A DNA stretch of 44,724 nt from a virus (Duplodnaviria; Caudoviricetes), in IMG/VR virus record IMGVR_UViG_3300048575_000518, positions 1 through 44,724 of that record; one strand, given 5' to 3'. The notes beneath the pieces were generated by a model, which saw only the letters and a program-made list of their open reading frames with translations, was not told the DNA's origin and searched no databases. Positions 1-8,291 of the stretch are shown piece by piece. The stretch's first letter is position 1. The number at the start of each line of letters is the position of its first letter. Made by a program: the position numbers and the translations under genes.

Positions 1-15
1 AAACCCGCGGCCAGC

Positions 16-396
16 ATGATGAACCCAAGCCCCGTCGTCGCCACGCCAGACATGCGAATTTCCGAATTGATGCTTGGAGGAATTTACGGCGGAGACGAGA
101 CTCTGATTCCGGTCGTCGAAACCTCAATGACCGGTGAACAAGATTTCGTCGGCTGTGTTGACCTGAAAGAGACACGCTCACTACCGCCTTCGGAATGGCG
201 AGAACGCTCGGTCGCCGACCTTATGCACTCCTGCTCCGCCGATATGCAAATAGAACCCGATGCCGACGCCGAAGCCGCGCTCACCCGCATGTCGAAGACG
301 GGGCTGCGTTCGCTTCTCGTCGTGCAAGGCAATCGTTTTTTAGGCGTGCTCTCCCAGCGCGCCCTTGTACGCTACCTATCCTTGAGCGAAGCTTGA
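16..396 (+). CDS. CBS-domain pair protein, C-terminal part (host gene, probably begins upstream of the window; possibly an M50 protease-CBS protein)
   Basis: Tandem CBS-like motifs (MNPSPVVATPDMRISE; VADLM...AEAALTRMSKTGLRSLLVVQGNRFLGVLS). Confidence 0.7.
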   Translation: MMNPSPVVATPDMRISELMLGGIYGGDETLIPVVETSMTGEQDFVGCVDLKETRSLPPSEWRERSVADLMHSCSADMQIEPDADAEAALTRMSKTGLRSLLVVQGNRFLGVLSQRALVRYLSLSEA

Positions 397-863
397 GCCA
401 CACGCGCAATCCCACAACGCGAGCAACCTGTTACGGCGTCTCGTTAACGCACCCTGGGCGAATCGCAGCGAACTATCTCTTTTTTCGAAGCGAGATCCCA
501 AAGGATGACGATTCCGTCAGTCGCGGCCGCCACGACGACCGAACTATCAGGGCATCGAGAACTCAGCGGTTGTCGTCCCTACGCGCGGCAAGCGACGTTT
601 CTTCTTCGCGCCACGCTTCATTATGAAATACTCGATTCAAATCCGCGTCGATTCAGCGAAAGTTTGCGACAGTCGCCTCTCCGCCGGAACGGATTTATAT
701 CAAACTTTTCAGCACCTGTTTTTTAAACCGCGTGGAGCCATTTTAGCTAGGCAAGTGATGGTCGTCAGCTCCAAGACGCGAATTCAATCCATGGATTAAC
801 GCAAGAAAGACATTGATTTATCTACCAATTTTTGGTTCTCTACGTCTCACGCACCAGCCAAAC

Positions 864-939
<76 letters not shown>

Positions 940-968
940 AAATAAGATCGAAATTCCCTCGTTGTTTC

Positions 969-1008
969 GCCGATTAAGAGTTGCCGCTCTCGATCGGCTT
1001 TTTTCTTT
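969..1008 (+). terminator. Intrinsic terminator after the tRNA
   Basis: GCCGATtaaGAG...CTCtcgATCGGC imperfect hairpin followed by TTTTTTCTTT. Confidence 0.65.
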
Positions 1009-1019
1009 CAACTTCCCTT

Positions 1020-1056
1020 GCTGAGTGCCGTGCCACAGATTTGCCACAGACTCAGC
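1020..1056. promoter_or_regulatory. Candidate integrase arm-type binding sites
   Basis: TGCCACAGA direct repeat at 1031 and 1042 (11-bp period), flanked by the inverted repeat GCTGAGT/ACTCAGC, between the tRNA and the int stop codon. Confidence 0.5.
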
Positions 1057-1061
1057 ATTAC

Positions 1062-2306
1062 CTAGCCACACATAGCCACTGGTTCGGATACAACACGCAG
1101 CGCTGGATGCGATCGATGCTCGTCGGAAACGGGCGCAGTCGGCGGCGGAGGTGGTGTATCAACGGTGTGATTTCCGGACAAAGAGAACGCTCGAGCCGCG
1201 CGGCCAATGTTATGGCCGATCGCGTGAACGTATCTCTGCGTTGTATCAAGATCCTTGTGACCAAGAATCTCTTGCAGCGTCCGAATATCAACACCCTCGT
1301 CGAGCATGATCGTTGCCGACGTATGTCTCAACGCATGGAACTTGATGCGAAGCCCACCCCATTCCTCAAGATCGACCTTAAAGACGTCATTCGAAAAGTC
1401 CGAATGGTCGACGTAATGCCCCTGCATCTTGAAAATCAACTCGTCTGGACCAATTCGATTATCTCTGATCCATTGAGCGAGTTCTACAGCAAGGTCACTC
1501 TGTAGCGGGATGTTGCGGTCCTCTTTGCCTTTTAACTGCTCGAATTTCCGCGAAACCAAATTCAGTTGCTCAGTCAAATGAATGACGCCGAGTTCTGGCT
1601 TGAGACACCTTGGCTTAAGCGCCCATATCTCCCCGGCGCGGGGAGCACCATTCAGCGCCACACGATATGCGAGATACTTCCATCGCTCCTTATTGCTCTC
1701 GTAATATTTCTCCCAGGCATGCTTTAAGAACGACTCCGCAACCGGCCTCTCCCAGAAAACAGTCACCGGCTTCGGCGGCTTGGCGGGCTTTACAGATGCG
1801 ATCGGGTTATACGGAATCCGAAGTGATTCAACTCCGTAATTGATCACGCCCTTGAACCACATGAATTTTTTCAGAACAGTGCTCTTTGCGTTCCCTTGAT
1901 TTCGGAGATCGCTCTCGAGCGCCTTCATGATCGCATGATCCAAGAATCCGACCGGCAAGCGGCCAAACATCGGCTTAAGATCGCGCCAGTATTGGTCAGC
2001 ATTCTTCTTGTAGCCCGGGGATCTTGACGGATATTCGTGATCCATCCAGTCATTGACGAGATCACCGATCGATACGGCCTTCAGTGGATCGACCTCAACC
2101 TTGACTGGTGTTGTCTCAGCTGTAACACGTCCCTTGAATTCCTCGAATTCGCAATGGATATCTCCATCAAGAAAATTACGAAGATCTTTCTTTGTCTTGA
2201 AGTTCCGCTTGATGTCCCAGCGTCGCCCCTTGAACGACTCCCAAGCGCGGAGCTGAAATCGATCTTCGCCGGCCTTTGTTTTGATAGTGGTAGTTTCAAT
2301 ATTCAT
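1062..2306 (-). CDS. int: Tyrosine recombinase (phage integrase)
   Basis: Catalytic motifs GAPRAGE (R), [10 protein letters not shown] (HxxR), [12 protein letters not shown] (Y); RBS GAGGAGG. Confidence 0.95.
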   Translation of the reverse strand: MNIETTTIKTKAGEDRFQLRAWESFKGRRWDIKRNFKTKKDLRNFLDGDIHCEFEEFKGRVTAETTPVKVEVDPLKAVSIGDLVNDWMDHEYPSRSPGYKKNADQYWRDLKPMFGRLPVGFLDHAIMKALESDLRNQGNAKSTVLKKFMWFKGVINYGVESLRIPYNPIASVKPAKPPKPVTVFWERPVAESFLKHAWEKYYESNKERWKYLAYRVALNGAPRAGEIWALKPRCLKPELGVIHLTEQLNLVSRKFEQLKGKEDRNIPLQSDLAVELAQWIRDNRIGPDELIFKMQGHYVDHSDFSNDVFKVDLEEWGGLRIKFHALRHTSATIMLDEGVDIRTLQEILGHKDLDTTQRYVHAIGHNIGRAARAFSLSGNHTVDTPPPPPTAPVSDEHRSHPALRVVSEPVAMCG

Positions 2307-2327
2307 GGATAACCTCCTCGTTGTTCG

Positions 2328-2546
2328 TTATGCGCAACGAGAAATCACCCACGTTTTGAGGGTTTCCCTCCGAAGATATAGCTTACGACCAATCTTGATA
2401 AAGAGATCGGGCGGCGTGCCATATTTATGCGGTCGAGCCTTCCATTCATATATCGTCTCACACGACATCGAAAGAATTGACGCGACAACTTTCGGAGGAA
2501 TTATATCAGGCTGATTTTCAAAGATCTGATCTATGCCGCTGTTCAT
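2328..2546 (-). CDS. xis: Excisionase-like HTH protein
   Basis: 72 aa MerR/HTH_17-like pattern (PKVVASILSMSCETIYEW...KIGRKLYLRRETLKTW) directly upstream of int. Confidence 0.75.
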   Translation of the reverse strand: MNSGIDQIFENQPDIIPPKVVASILSMSCETIYEWKARPHKYGTPPDLFIKIGRKLYLRRETLKTWVISRCA

Positions 2547-2611
2547 ATTGAATCCCCGCTTTAATAGCAATTAGTTTGGCTATGTATGGCTGGCGCCGAA
2601 TAAATTCTCCG

Positions 2612-3601
2612 TCACGAATCTGGCGACGCATCGCATGAGCGAAATTTGAGCTGAGCTTCAGATAACTCCTTTAGTCTTTCTGATTCGGGCGGCGCGGGCG
2701 GAGCGACGAATGCAGTCGCCCGGGGCTTTTTCTCCGGCTCGAAGATCCCCCGATCGGCTTCGCTCAGATTCTTCGCGGCGAGTTCGAAATAACTGCGCTT
2801 GAGTTCTGTGCCGATGAATCGCCGGCCCATACGAAGAGCCTCGTATCCTTCGCTCCCGATCCCTGCGAACGAAGAGAACACTACGTCCCCCGGGGAGCTC
2901 CAAAGACGCAAAAGCTTCGCGATGAGATCAAGCTGGAGAGGGACGATGTGGCGCTCATCGTCATTGTCGCGAGCTAATTTTCGATTGAGTGTGTTCGATT
3001 GCCTGATATCCATCCAGCAAGGATGCGCGAGATGCTGCCACTCACTCACTGGGAACTCTTCCGCCGTGTGCGAAATTGGCTTCGGATTCTCGCCCGGCTT
3101 TCGAAACGTCACGACATAGTCAGGGAGCCCCTGGCGTGAGAGCGATGAGTCTTTTTTGATTTGCTTCCAAAGAAGCCCGATTGCCTTTGTTCGCTGCATC
3201 TGAACGACGGGATCTTTTCCGACCGTGAGTTCGGAATGAAAAATAAATCCGCAGTCTTGAAAAAGACGCACGATCTCACCCCGAAAATCGCGAAGACCAA
3301 TTTGACCATGGATTTGTTTCGTGGTCGTGAGATTCATGACATGAACGCATACGAGTCGCCCGCTCGTGAGAATCCGGAACAACTCCAGGACGAGGAATTT
3401 AAAGCGAGTGAAGAACTCATCGAACGATCGCGAATTCCCCATGTCGCGATCAGAATTCGAATACGTGTAGAGCGATGCAAACGGTGGACTGAAGACCATG
3501 AAGTCAATGCTCTCGTCCGGCAGAGCCCTTGCGACATCAACGCAGTCCGCATTGTAAAGAGCGAAATTCTCCCCAAGAACTTGATCAAGAACCGTGATCA
3601 T
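2612..3601 (-). CDS. DNA N4-cytosine/N6-adenine methyltransferase (beta class)
   Basis: Motif IV FSPPF near the N terminus, H-x-x-P-LQ, motif I SFAGIGSEG late; ATGA-coupled start at 3601. Confidence 0.9.
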   Translation of the reverse strand: MITVLDQVLGENFALYNADCVDVARALPDESIDFMVFSPPFASLYTYSNSDRDMGNSRSFDEFFTRFKFLVLELFRILTSGRLVCVHVMNLTTTKQIHGQIGLRDFRGEIVRLFQDCGFIFHSELTVGKDPVVQMQRTKAIGLLWKQIKKDSSLSRQGLPDYVVTFRKPGENPKPISHTAEEFPVSEWQHLAHPCWMDIRQSNTLNRKLARDNDDERHIVPLQLDLIAKLLRLWSSPGDVVFSSFAGIGSEGYEALRMGRRFIGTELKRSYFELAAKNLSEADRGIFEPEKKPRATAFVAPPAPPESERLKELSEAQLKFRSCDASPDS

Positions 3602-3855
3602 TTGCATCCCCCGACAACAGCGATTCGAGCCACTCTCGCATCAACGATGCGCTTGATATCTCGTTTTAATTCGATAGCGAAAACAACGTTGAAGAGCTCG
3701 TAATAAACGTTCGATCGCAGAGGAAGCGCCCATCTCTTTACGCCAACGAATCTCTCAAGCCAGATCCAAACCGGCTTGGTCGCTTCGAGATCCGCATAAG
3801 CCCGCACAGGAAATAGCGCGAATCCGACGAAATATTCGTGTTCTTTTAATCTCAC
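3598..3855 (-). CDS. Hypothetical protein between helicase and methylase
   Basis: GTG start at 3855 behind GAGGGGTGGAG; stop coupled to the methylase start. Confidence 0.55.
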   Translation of the reverse strand: MRLKEHEYFVGFALFPVRAYADLEATKPVWIWLERFVGVKRWALPLRSNVYYELFNVVFAIELKRDIKRIVDARVARIAVVGGCK

Positions 3856-3865
3856 ACTCCACCCC

Positions 3866-5293
3866 TCAAACAGAAATTGAAGAAAGCCACGCCGGAAAAG
3901 CGATCGGAACCCTAGGATCATACGGTGATTTCTCCGCACGAAGCCCGCGCACACGGCGACTCATGAAGTCGCGCATATGCTCGACCATTTGACGAGACAT
4001 CTCCTCGGCCTGCGCTTCCTTGCGTTTGATATTCTCAAGCGTAGCGCCTTCGAGAACAGAGCTGATCAGATGAACGATGACCTCGCGATCTTGACCGAAT
4101 CGATAGCAACGCCGAATCGCCTGATACAAATCCTCGTATGAATCATTGAGTCCGACGAAAGCCATCTTGCGGCAGTGCTGCCAGTTGAGACCGAAACCCG
4201 TGATCGAAGGCTTCGTCACGATCCGGCCCTTGCTGCCTGATGTGAATGCCTCGATCCGCCGTTCTTTCTCCGCGAGCTTGAGAGATCCAAAGACCTCAAC
4301 CGCGCCCGGGATTGCAGCCGCGAGCTTCGATGACTCTTCGTTCAGGTTGCACCAGATGATCCATTCATCTTCGTCGCCATTCACGAGCTCGGCGCACTTT
4401 GCGACACGCTCGTCGATCGTCAATCGACGGGCCTCGAGTCTCTCACTCAGCGTTGACGCCGGAGTTTGAATCTTGTGACCGGTGAGCATCTTGTCGGTCG
4501 GGACCATGTGTTCGATGATCTCGAGCCCAGGGAGAATGTACCCCGCGTCATCGAACCCGAGATCGGACGGCTTCTTTACGACAACTGCCCACGTCGAAAG
4601 CCACTCCCAGAATCGCACGCGCCCATGACCTTTAAGTCTCCATTTCGACGTCTCCCCCGAGTCGTGGGTAAAGAACATCGCAAGCATCTCGTTCATATTC
4701 ATGACGCCGAGAAATTCCGCCTGGTTTCCGAGTTCCATATAGTCGTTCGGAGATGGCGTTGCCGTGCATGAAAGTTTATACGGGACAGATCGCGCGGCTG
4801 CGATAACTCGATTGCGCGTTTTCGAATCACGGTGCTTGATGATCGATGATTCATCGAGCACGACGCCAGAAAATGCACTGAGATCGAAATGCTCGAGCAT
4901 CTCGTAATTGGTGATCCAGATTCGACGAGCATTGACTTGAGCGCAGCCTGCGTCGAAATACTCTTGAATCTCGGACTGCGATCGAACATACCGAACATCA
5001 ATGCCAAGCTTCGCCGCCTCTTCGACCGTCTGTTGAGACACGCAAAGCGGGGCGACGATCAGAACGGGACCAACTCGCTGGGCGATTTGGTCTGCCCACG
5101 CGACTTGCATGAAGCTTTTCCCGAGCCCCGTATCGCAGAAGAGAGCCGCGCGCCCTCGGCGCAACGCCCACTGAACCAGTGCGCGCTGAAACGGAAACAG
5201 CGCCGCCGGGAGATCTATTTCGGAAATCTCAAATCCCGATTCAATATCGCGGAATGTTTTACGGTCTAAGAAGTTCGTGTAATCGACGCTCAT
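3866..5293 (-). CDS. SNF2-like superfamily 2 helicase
   Basis: Q motif LFPFQ, Walker A DTGLGKS, Walker B VLDESS, CTATP, GFGLNWQ, QAIRRCYRFGQ. Confidence 0.92.
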   Translation of the reverse strand: MSVDYTNFLDRKTFRDIESGFEISEIDLPAALFPFQRALVQWALRRGRAALFCDTGLGKSFMQVAWADQIAQRVGPVLIVAPLCVSQQTVEEAAKLGIDVRYVRSQSEIQEYFDAGCAQVNARRIWITNYEMLEHFDLSAFSGVVLDESSIIKHRDSKTRNRVIAAARSVPYKLSCTATPSPNDYMELGNQAEFLGVMNMNEMLAMFFTHDSGETSKWRLKGHGRVRFWEWLSTWAVVVKKPSDLGFDDAGYILPGLEIIEHMVPTDKMLTGHKIQTPASTLSERLEARRLTIDERVAKCAELVNGDEDEWIIWCNLNEESSKLAAAIPGAVEVFGSLKLAEKERRIEAFTSGSKGRIVTKPSITGFGLNWQHCRKMAFVGLNDSYEDLYQAIRRCYRFGQDREVIVHLISSVLEGATLENIKRKEAQAEEMSRQMVEHMRDFMSRRVRGLRAEKSPYDPRVPIAFPAWLSSISV

Positions 5294-5480
5294 CGCTATC
5301 CCCCAATTGCCCCAGTCTCTTTAATTCTCCGACGTACACACGCACCTGATTCTTTACCGCCACCCTCGAGGTCTTAAAGAATTCGGCGATGTCATCTATC
5401 GTGTATCCAAGGCATAGATGTGCCCAGAACTCGTTCCCTCGTCCAAAGGGAGCGAGAACAACGTTCGATCTCGATTTCAT
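5259..5480 (-). CDS. Small HTH-like hypothetical protein
   Basis: GYTIDDIAEFFKTSRVAVKNQ resembles an HTH; GGGGA RBS. Confidence 0.5.
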   Translation of the reverse strand: MKSRSNVVLAPFGRGNEFWAHLCLGYTIDDIAEFFKTSRVAVKNQVRVYVGELKRLGQLGDSDERRLHELLRP

Positions 5481-5497
5481 AGATTCCCCGCTTTAAA

Positions 5498-5618
5498 GAG
5501 ACGATAAGAGGGTCAGATTCGAACTGACGGGAGCCAGAGTGTCTTCGTGTTGCGCCACTCTCCGGTTCTCTATTCGCACTTCAGCCTTAAACCAGGCTCA
5601 GCCACCACCCATCGCCTC
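5498..5618 (-). ncRNA. tRNA-like RNA lacking a canonical anticodon arm
   Basis: Minus strand: TGGCTGAGCCTGGTTTAAGGC (class II D arm), GTCAG-TTCGAAT-CTGAC (perfect T arm), acceptor-like stem extended to 14 bp, no CCA. Confidence 0.6.
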
Positions 5619-5694
5619 AACGAGCCGCGCGCCTCATCGCAGAGCAAAGTCGGTTTGGGCTGACAATGCTTGATCTGCTCTTCGCGCGGCTCGC

Positions 5695-5874
5695 TCAGAC
5701 GACGTATGCGCCATTAATCAGCCGATCTAGTGGTACAATCGAATATCCGTCTGTTAATCCGAATTCCAACCATCGATCGCCAATCTCGCGAAGGCGCTCT
5801 CTAACATCGCAAGCCACGACGTATTCTGAATCTGTGAAGTAATCACTGGTCTTTGGGATCAGATGAAAAATCAT
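5695..5874 (-). CDS. Hypothetical protein (59 aa)
   Basis: ATG at 5874 behind AAGGAGGAG. Confidence 0.55.
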   Translation of the reverse strand: MIFHLIPKTSDYFTDSEYVVACDVRERLREIGDRWLEFGLTDGYSIVPLDRLINGAYVV

Positions 5875-6040
5875 TGCTCCTCCTTGGTCCGATAAGTTGC
5901 TTGCAACGCCGACTTCGCACCACATCCTCACGCCTTCGCCTCAGTGAGCCCCACCAGCGGAAGTCTTCTTGGTTAAAAGAAGTCTGATGAGGCTCATTCA
6001 AGCGTCCCGATATTTCTCCGTCGGGACTAGCGGATAAAAA

Positions 6041-6328
6041 TCAATCGATGACGGCTCTGCTTTCTTCTAATAGATGGTCGTATTCTTGGACTATCCCAAG
6101 TCGATAAAAGCCAGGATGAACACTCAGAGTTTTGTGCTCTTCGTGGAAAAGTTCAGCTCCTTTTGAGTGAACAAACACATCGCCTTTTGCATCTTTCGCG
6201 ATTCTGAATTTTCCGCGCAGACGATGGTGGTGATTTTGCCCTTTCCAGAGAAGATCAGTTTTATCGATCTTAATTCCAGACGGCTTTTCACATTGCTTTA
6301 GTAAAACGTCTCCTTGTTGAATATACAT
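6041..6328 (-). CDS. Conserved phage protein with QGDV motif, usual neighbour of DUF6745 proteins
   Basis: MYIQQGDVLL...HHH...L-x-HEEH...G-x-Y...QEYD pattern. Confidence 0.75.
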   Translation of the reverse strand: MYIQQGDVLLKQCEKPSGIKIDKTDLLWKGQNHHHRLRGKFRIAKDAKGDVFVHSKGAELFHEEHKTLSVHPGFYRLGIVQEYDHLLEESRAVID

Positions 6329-6337
6329 AACTTCCCC

Positions 6338-7594
6338 TTAGCTTAATTGTTGCGGCTCTTCGAATTTAGTCAGACCGTTGCGATAGCAGATAGCATCCTT
6401 AACCGTAGTGGTTCCAGGCCTGCATCCTTCCACGTGGAAAACACCGTTAAGGGACGGATTCTGCATTCGCAAGAATGGACGTTCACCGCGCGAATCGTAG
6501 TTAACCATGATGAGTTCATAGCGCCCGCCAACCTTCGAATCATAGGTGTCGACAACTCGCGCGCCCATGATTTCGATTGCTTTCTCGATCCCAATCTTGC
6601 GCACGATCTCGCGTCTAATATCGGCATTCTTCTCATTGAGAATTTCATCTTTCGTGAATTCACTGGCTGGCTTCTCCGCAATCTCTTTCGAAACGCGAAT
6701 TCCGTTGAGCGAATAAAGAGCATACGTGTCGCGATAAAGAAGAGCCGGGCCACCCTCTCGGTGAAGCCTTGCATCTTGATTGCGGTGAATCTCGCTCGGG
6801 AAATTAGAGACAAAAGCAATCTCAGGAAAGAACCATGTGTAATGCAGCTCAGCGTAGTGCTTATTGAATTCTCTGAAGAGGTAAAACTCTGATTCTTTGC
6901 CAGGCAAAAGCTCGCTTAAGACAAAATCATAAAAGCAGTAGTACCCCATCCATCCCCACCAATTCGATGCGGCAGGATAGAAGTATTCTAGTTTTTGGCT
7001 GTCGAGCTGGCTGCGGAGCTGGCTGCGGAGCTGGCTGCGGAGCTGGCTGTAGAGCTGGCTGTAGAGCTGGCTGTCGAGCTGGCTGCGGAGCTGGCTGCGG
7101 AGCTGGCTGCCGAGCTGGCTGTAGAGCTGGCTGTAGAGCTGGCTGCGGAGCTGGCTGTCGAGCTGGCTGCGGAGCTGGCTGCCGAGCTGGCTTCGGAGCT
7201 GGCTGTAGAGCTGGCTGTCGAGCTGGCTGTCGAGCTGGCTGCGGAGCTGGCTGCCGAGCTGGCTGTCGAGCTGGCTGTCGAGCTGGCTGTCGAGCTGGCT
7301 GTCGAGCTGGCTGTAGAGCTGGCTGTAGAGCTGGCTGTCGAGCTGGCTGTAGAGCTGGTTAGTATCGAACTTAGTCCCTTTCAGTAAGCCGCACGCCAGC
7401 TGACACGCCATCGGTGAATCGAGAAAGATCGTGTAGCGCGGCTTTTCGCGACTCATGATTTTTTCGTACATGAAATCTACAGCCGCTTGCGCCTTCTCGG
7501 CATCAATCTTCTCGGTACGTAGACCGAGGTTTAGCCACTTGTCGAAATACTGTGGCACTTTAGATTCTTGTTCTTGAGTCATCTTTGAGATCAT
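6338..7594 (-). CDS. DUF6745-like protein with 30 QLxS tetrapeptide repeats
   Basis: SPMAC, repeat tract, then FVSNFPSEIH...RLHREGGPALLYRD...NGIRV...EKNADIRR. Confidence 0.8.
   Translation of the reverse strand: MISKMTQEQESKVPQYFDKWLNLGLRTEKIDAEKAQAAVDFMYEKIMSREKPRYTIFLDSPMACQLACGLLKGTKFDTNQLYSQLDSQLYSQLYSQLDSQLDSQLDSQLDSQLGSQLRSQLDSQLDSQLYSQLRSQLGSQLRSQLDSQLRSQLYSQLYSQLGSQLRSQLRSQLDSQLYSQLYSQLRSQLRSQLRSQLDSQKLEYFYPAASNWWGWMGYYCFYDFVLSELLPGKESEFYLFREFNKHYAELHYTWFFPEIAFVSNFPSEIHRNQDARLHREGGPALLYRDTYALYSLNGIRVSKEIAEKPASEFTKDEILNEKNADIRREIVRKIGIEKAIEIMGARVVDTYDSKVGGRYELIMVNYDSRGERPFLRMQNPSLNGVFHVEGCRPGTTTVKDAICYRNGLTKFEEPQQLS
6998..7357. repeat. 12-bp tandem repeat, 30 copies
   Basis: Coding-strand unit CAG CTC NNN AGC with NNN = TAC, GAC, GGC or CGC (one CGA); 360 bp. 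Confidence 0.97.
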
Positions 7595-7806
7595 TACGCA
7601 GCCCCCTTAGGCTCACACACATCACACACATCACACACATCTTTAAACACAGTCTTTCGCCCACATTGCTTACACGGACGAGTTTTAAGCTTTTCGACTA
7701 ATGATTTCTTTCGAAGCGCCATCGCAAGACTTCGTGGATTGAGTTGAATCACGCTTTCGCCATCGGTAGTAATGTCAGCTTTGAGAGAGAGTTTCGGCAC
7801 GGTCAT
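7594..7806 (-). CDS. Small zinc-ribbon-like protein
   Basis: CKQC...DVCDVCDVC; ATG coupled to upstream stop. Confidence 0.55.
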   Translation of the reverse strand: MTVPKLSLKADITTDGESVIQLNPRSLAMALRKKSLVEKLKTRPCKQCGRKTVFKDVCDVCDVCEPKGAA

Positions 7807-7952
7807 GATGCTGACCTTTCTTTCAAACACAAAAGCTCATCGATCTTCTCAATCGCAATTTCGCGTTCAGCTTCGTCAAGCGTGTCGCCAGCTAACAATG
7901 CGGCGAGATATTCGATCTGAATGTCGATGTACAAGGGGTTGATCTTTTTCAT
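7803..7952 (-). CDS. Hypothetical 49-aa protein missing from the ORF track
   Basis: MKKINPLYIDIQIEYL...KERSAS*; ATGA overlaps at both ends. Confidence 0.55.
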   Translation of the reverse strand: MKKINPLYIDIQIEYLAALLAGDTLDEAEREIAIEKIDELLCLKERSAS

Positions 7953-8173
7953 CCTGCTTCCATCCTAAGCGCCTCAATGGCGATATCTCTCGCATCACTT
8001 AAAATTACTGTCACAGGACCAAGGATCGGATCATCTGTGTTGGGGATAATGCCAGGCGTGAACTTCGCAATTCGCTCAAGCGCGCGACGATAGCGCATCT
8101 CGTTCGTCTGCCTCGAATCTGTAGCGGTTCTTTCTGAGCACGACTCTGAATCCATCAATTCGCTTTCCGCCAT
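7949..8173 (-). CDS. Hypothetical phage protein
   Basis: ALERIA...ARDIAIEAL motif common in phage early proteins; overlaps upstream ORF. Confidence 0.55.
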   Translation of the reverse strand: MAESELMDSESCSERTATDSRQTNEMRYRRALERIAKFTPGIIPNTDDPILGPVTVILSDARDIAIEALRMEAG

Positions 8174-8291
8174 TTAGAACCTCCCAGGTATTTTCGCCAA
8201 CCACCTGAAGGGTGATTGAATTTGAAAACCAAAATCTACCGATCAACTTTTCAATATCAGCTTGCGCCCCAGCAGACCCGAGGAGCTTCAT
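8076..8291 (-). CDS. Hypothetical protein
   Basis: ATGA-coupled to the upstream gene. Confidence 0.6.
   Translation of the reverse strand: MKLLGSAGAQADIEKLIGRFWFSNSITLQVVGENTWEVLNGGKRIDGFRVVLRKNRYRFEADERDALSSRA

Noticed and set aside
195-726. ORFs 195-626 and 505-726
   Set aside because: No recognisable motifs, one overlaps the CBS gene; likely non-coding sequence upstream of the tRNA.
2612-5293. DISARM, BREX or type III restriction-modification system
   Set aside because: Accessory genes (DrmA/B/C, PglZ, BrxC, Res nuclease) are absent and the pair sits within the phage early operon.
5505-5611. Functional tRNA or second att copy
   Set aside because: No anticodon arm or CCA, and the sequence does not match the tRNA-Thr 3' end beyond the generic T loop.
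5984-6030. Hammerhead ribozyme suggested by CTGATGAG
   Set aside because: No stem II followed by GAAA; the bases are explained as one arm of a minus-strand hairpin.
6998-7357. CRISPR array
   Set aside because: Units are 12 bp with no unique spacers, lie in frame inside a gene, and no cas genes are present.
6967-7387. Plus-strand ORFs reading (GCRA)n and (ELAV)n
   Set aside because: Open only because the 12-bp repeat lacks stops; the minus frame has conserved flanking domains.
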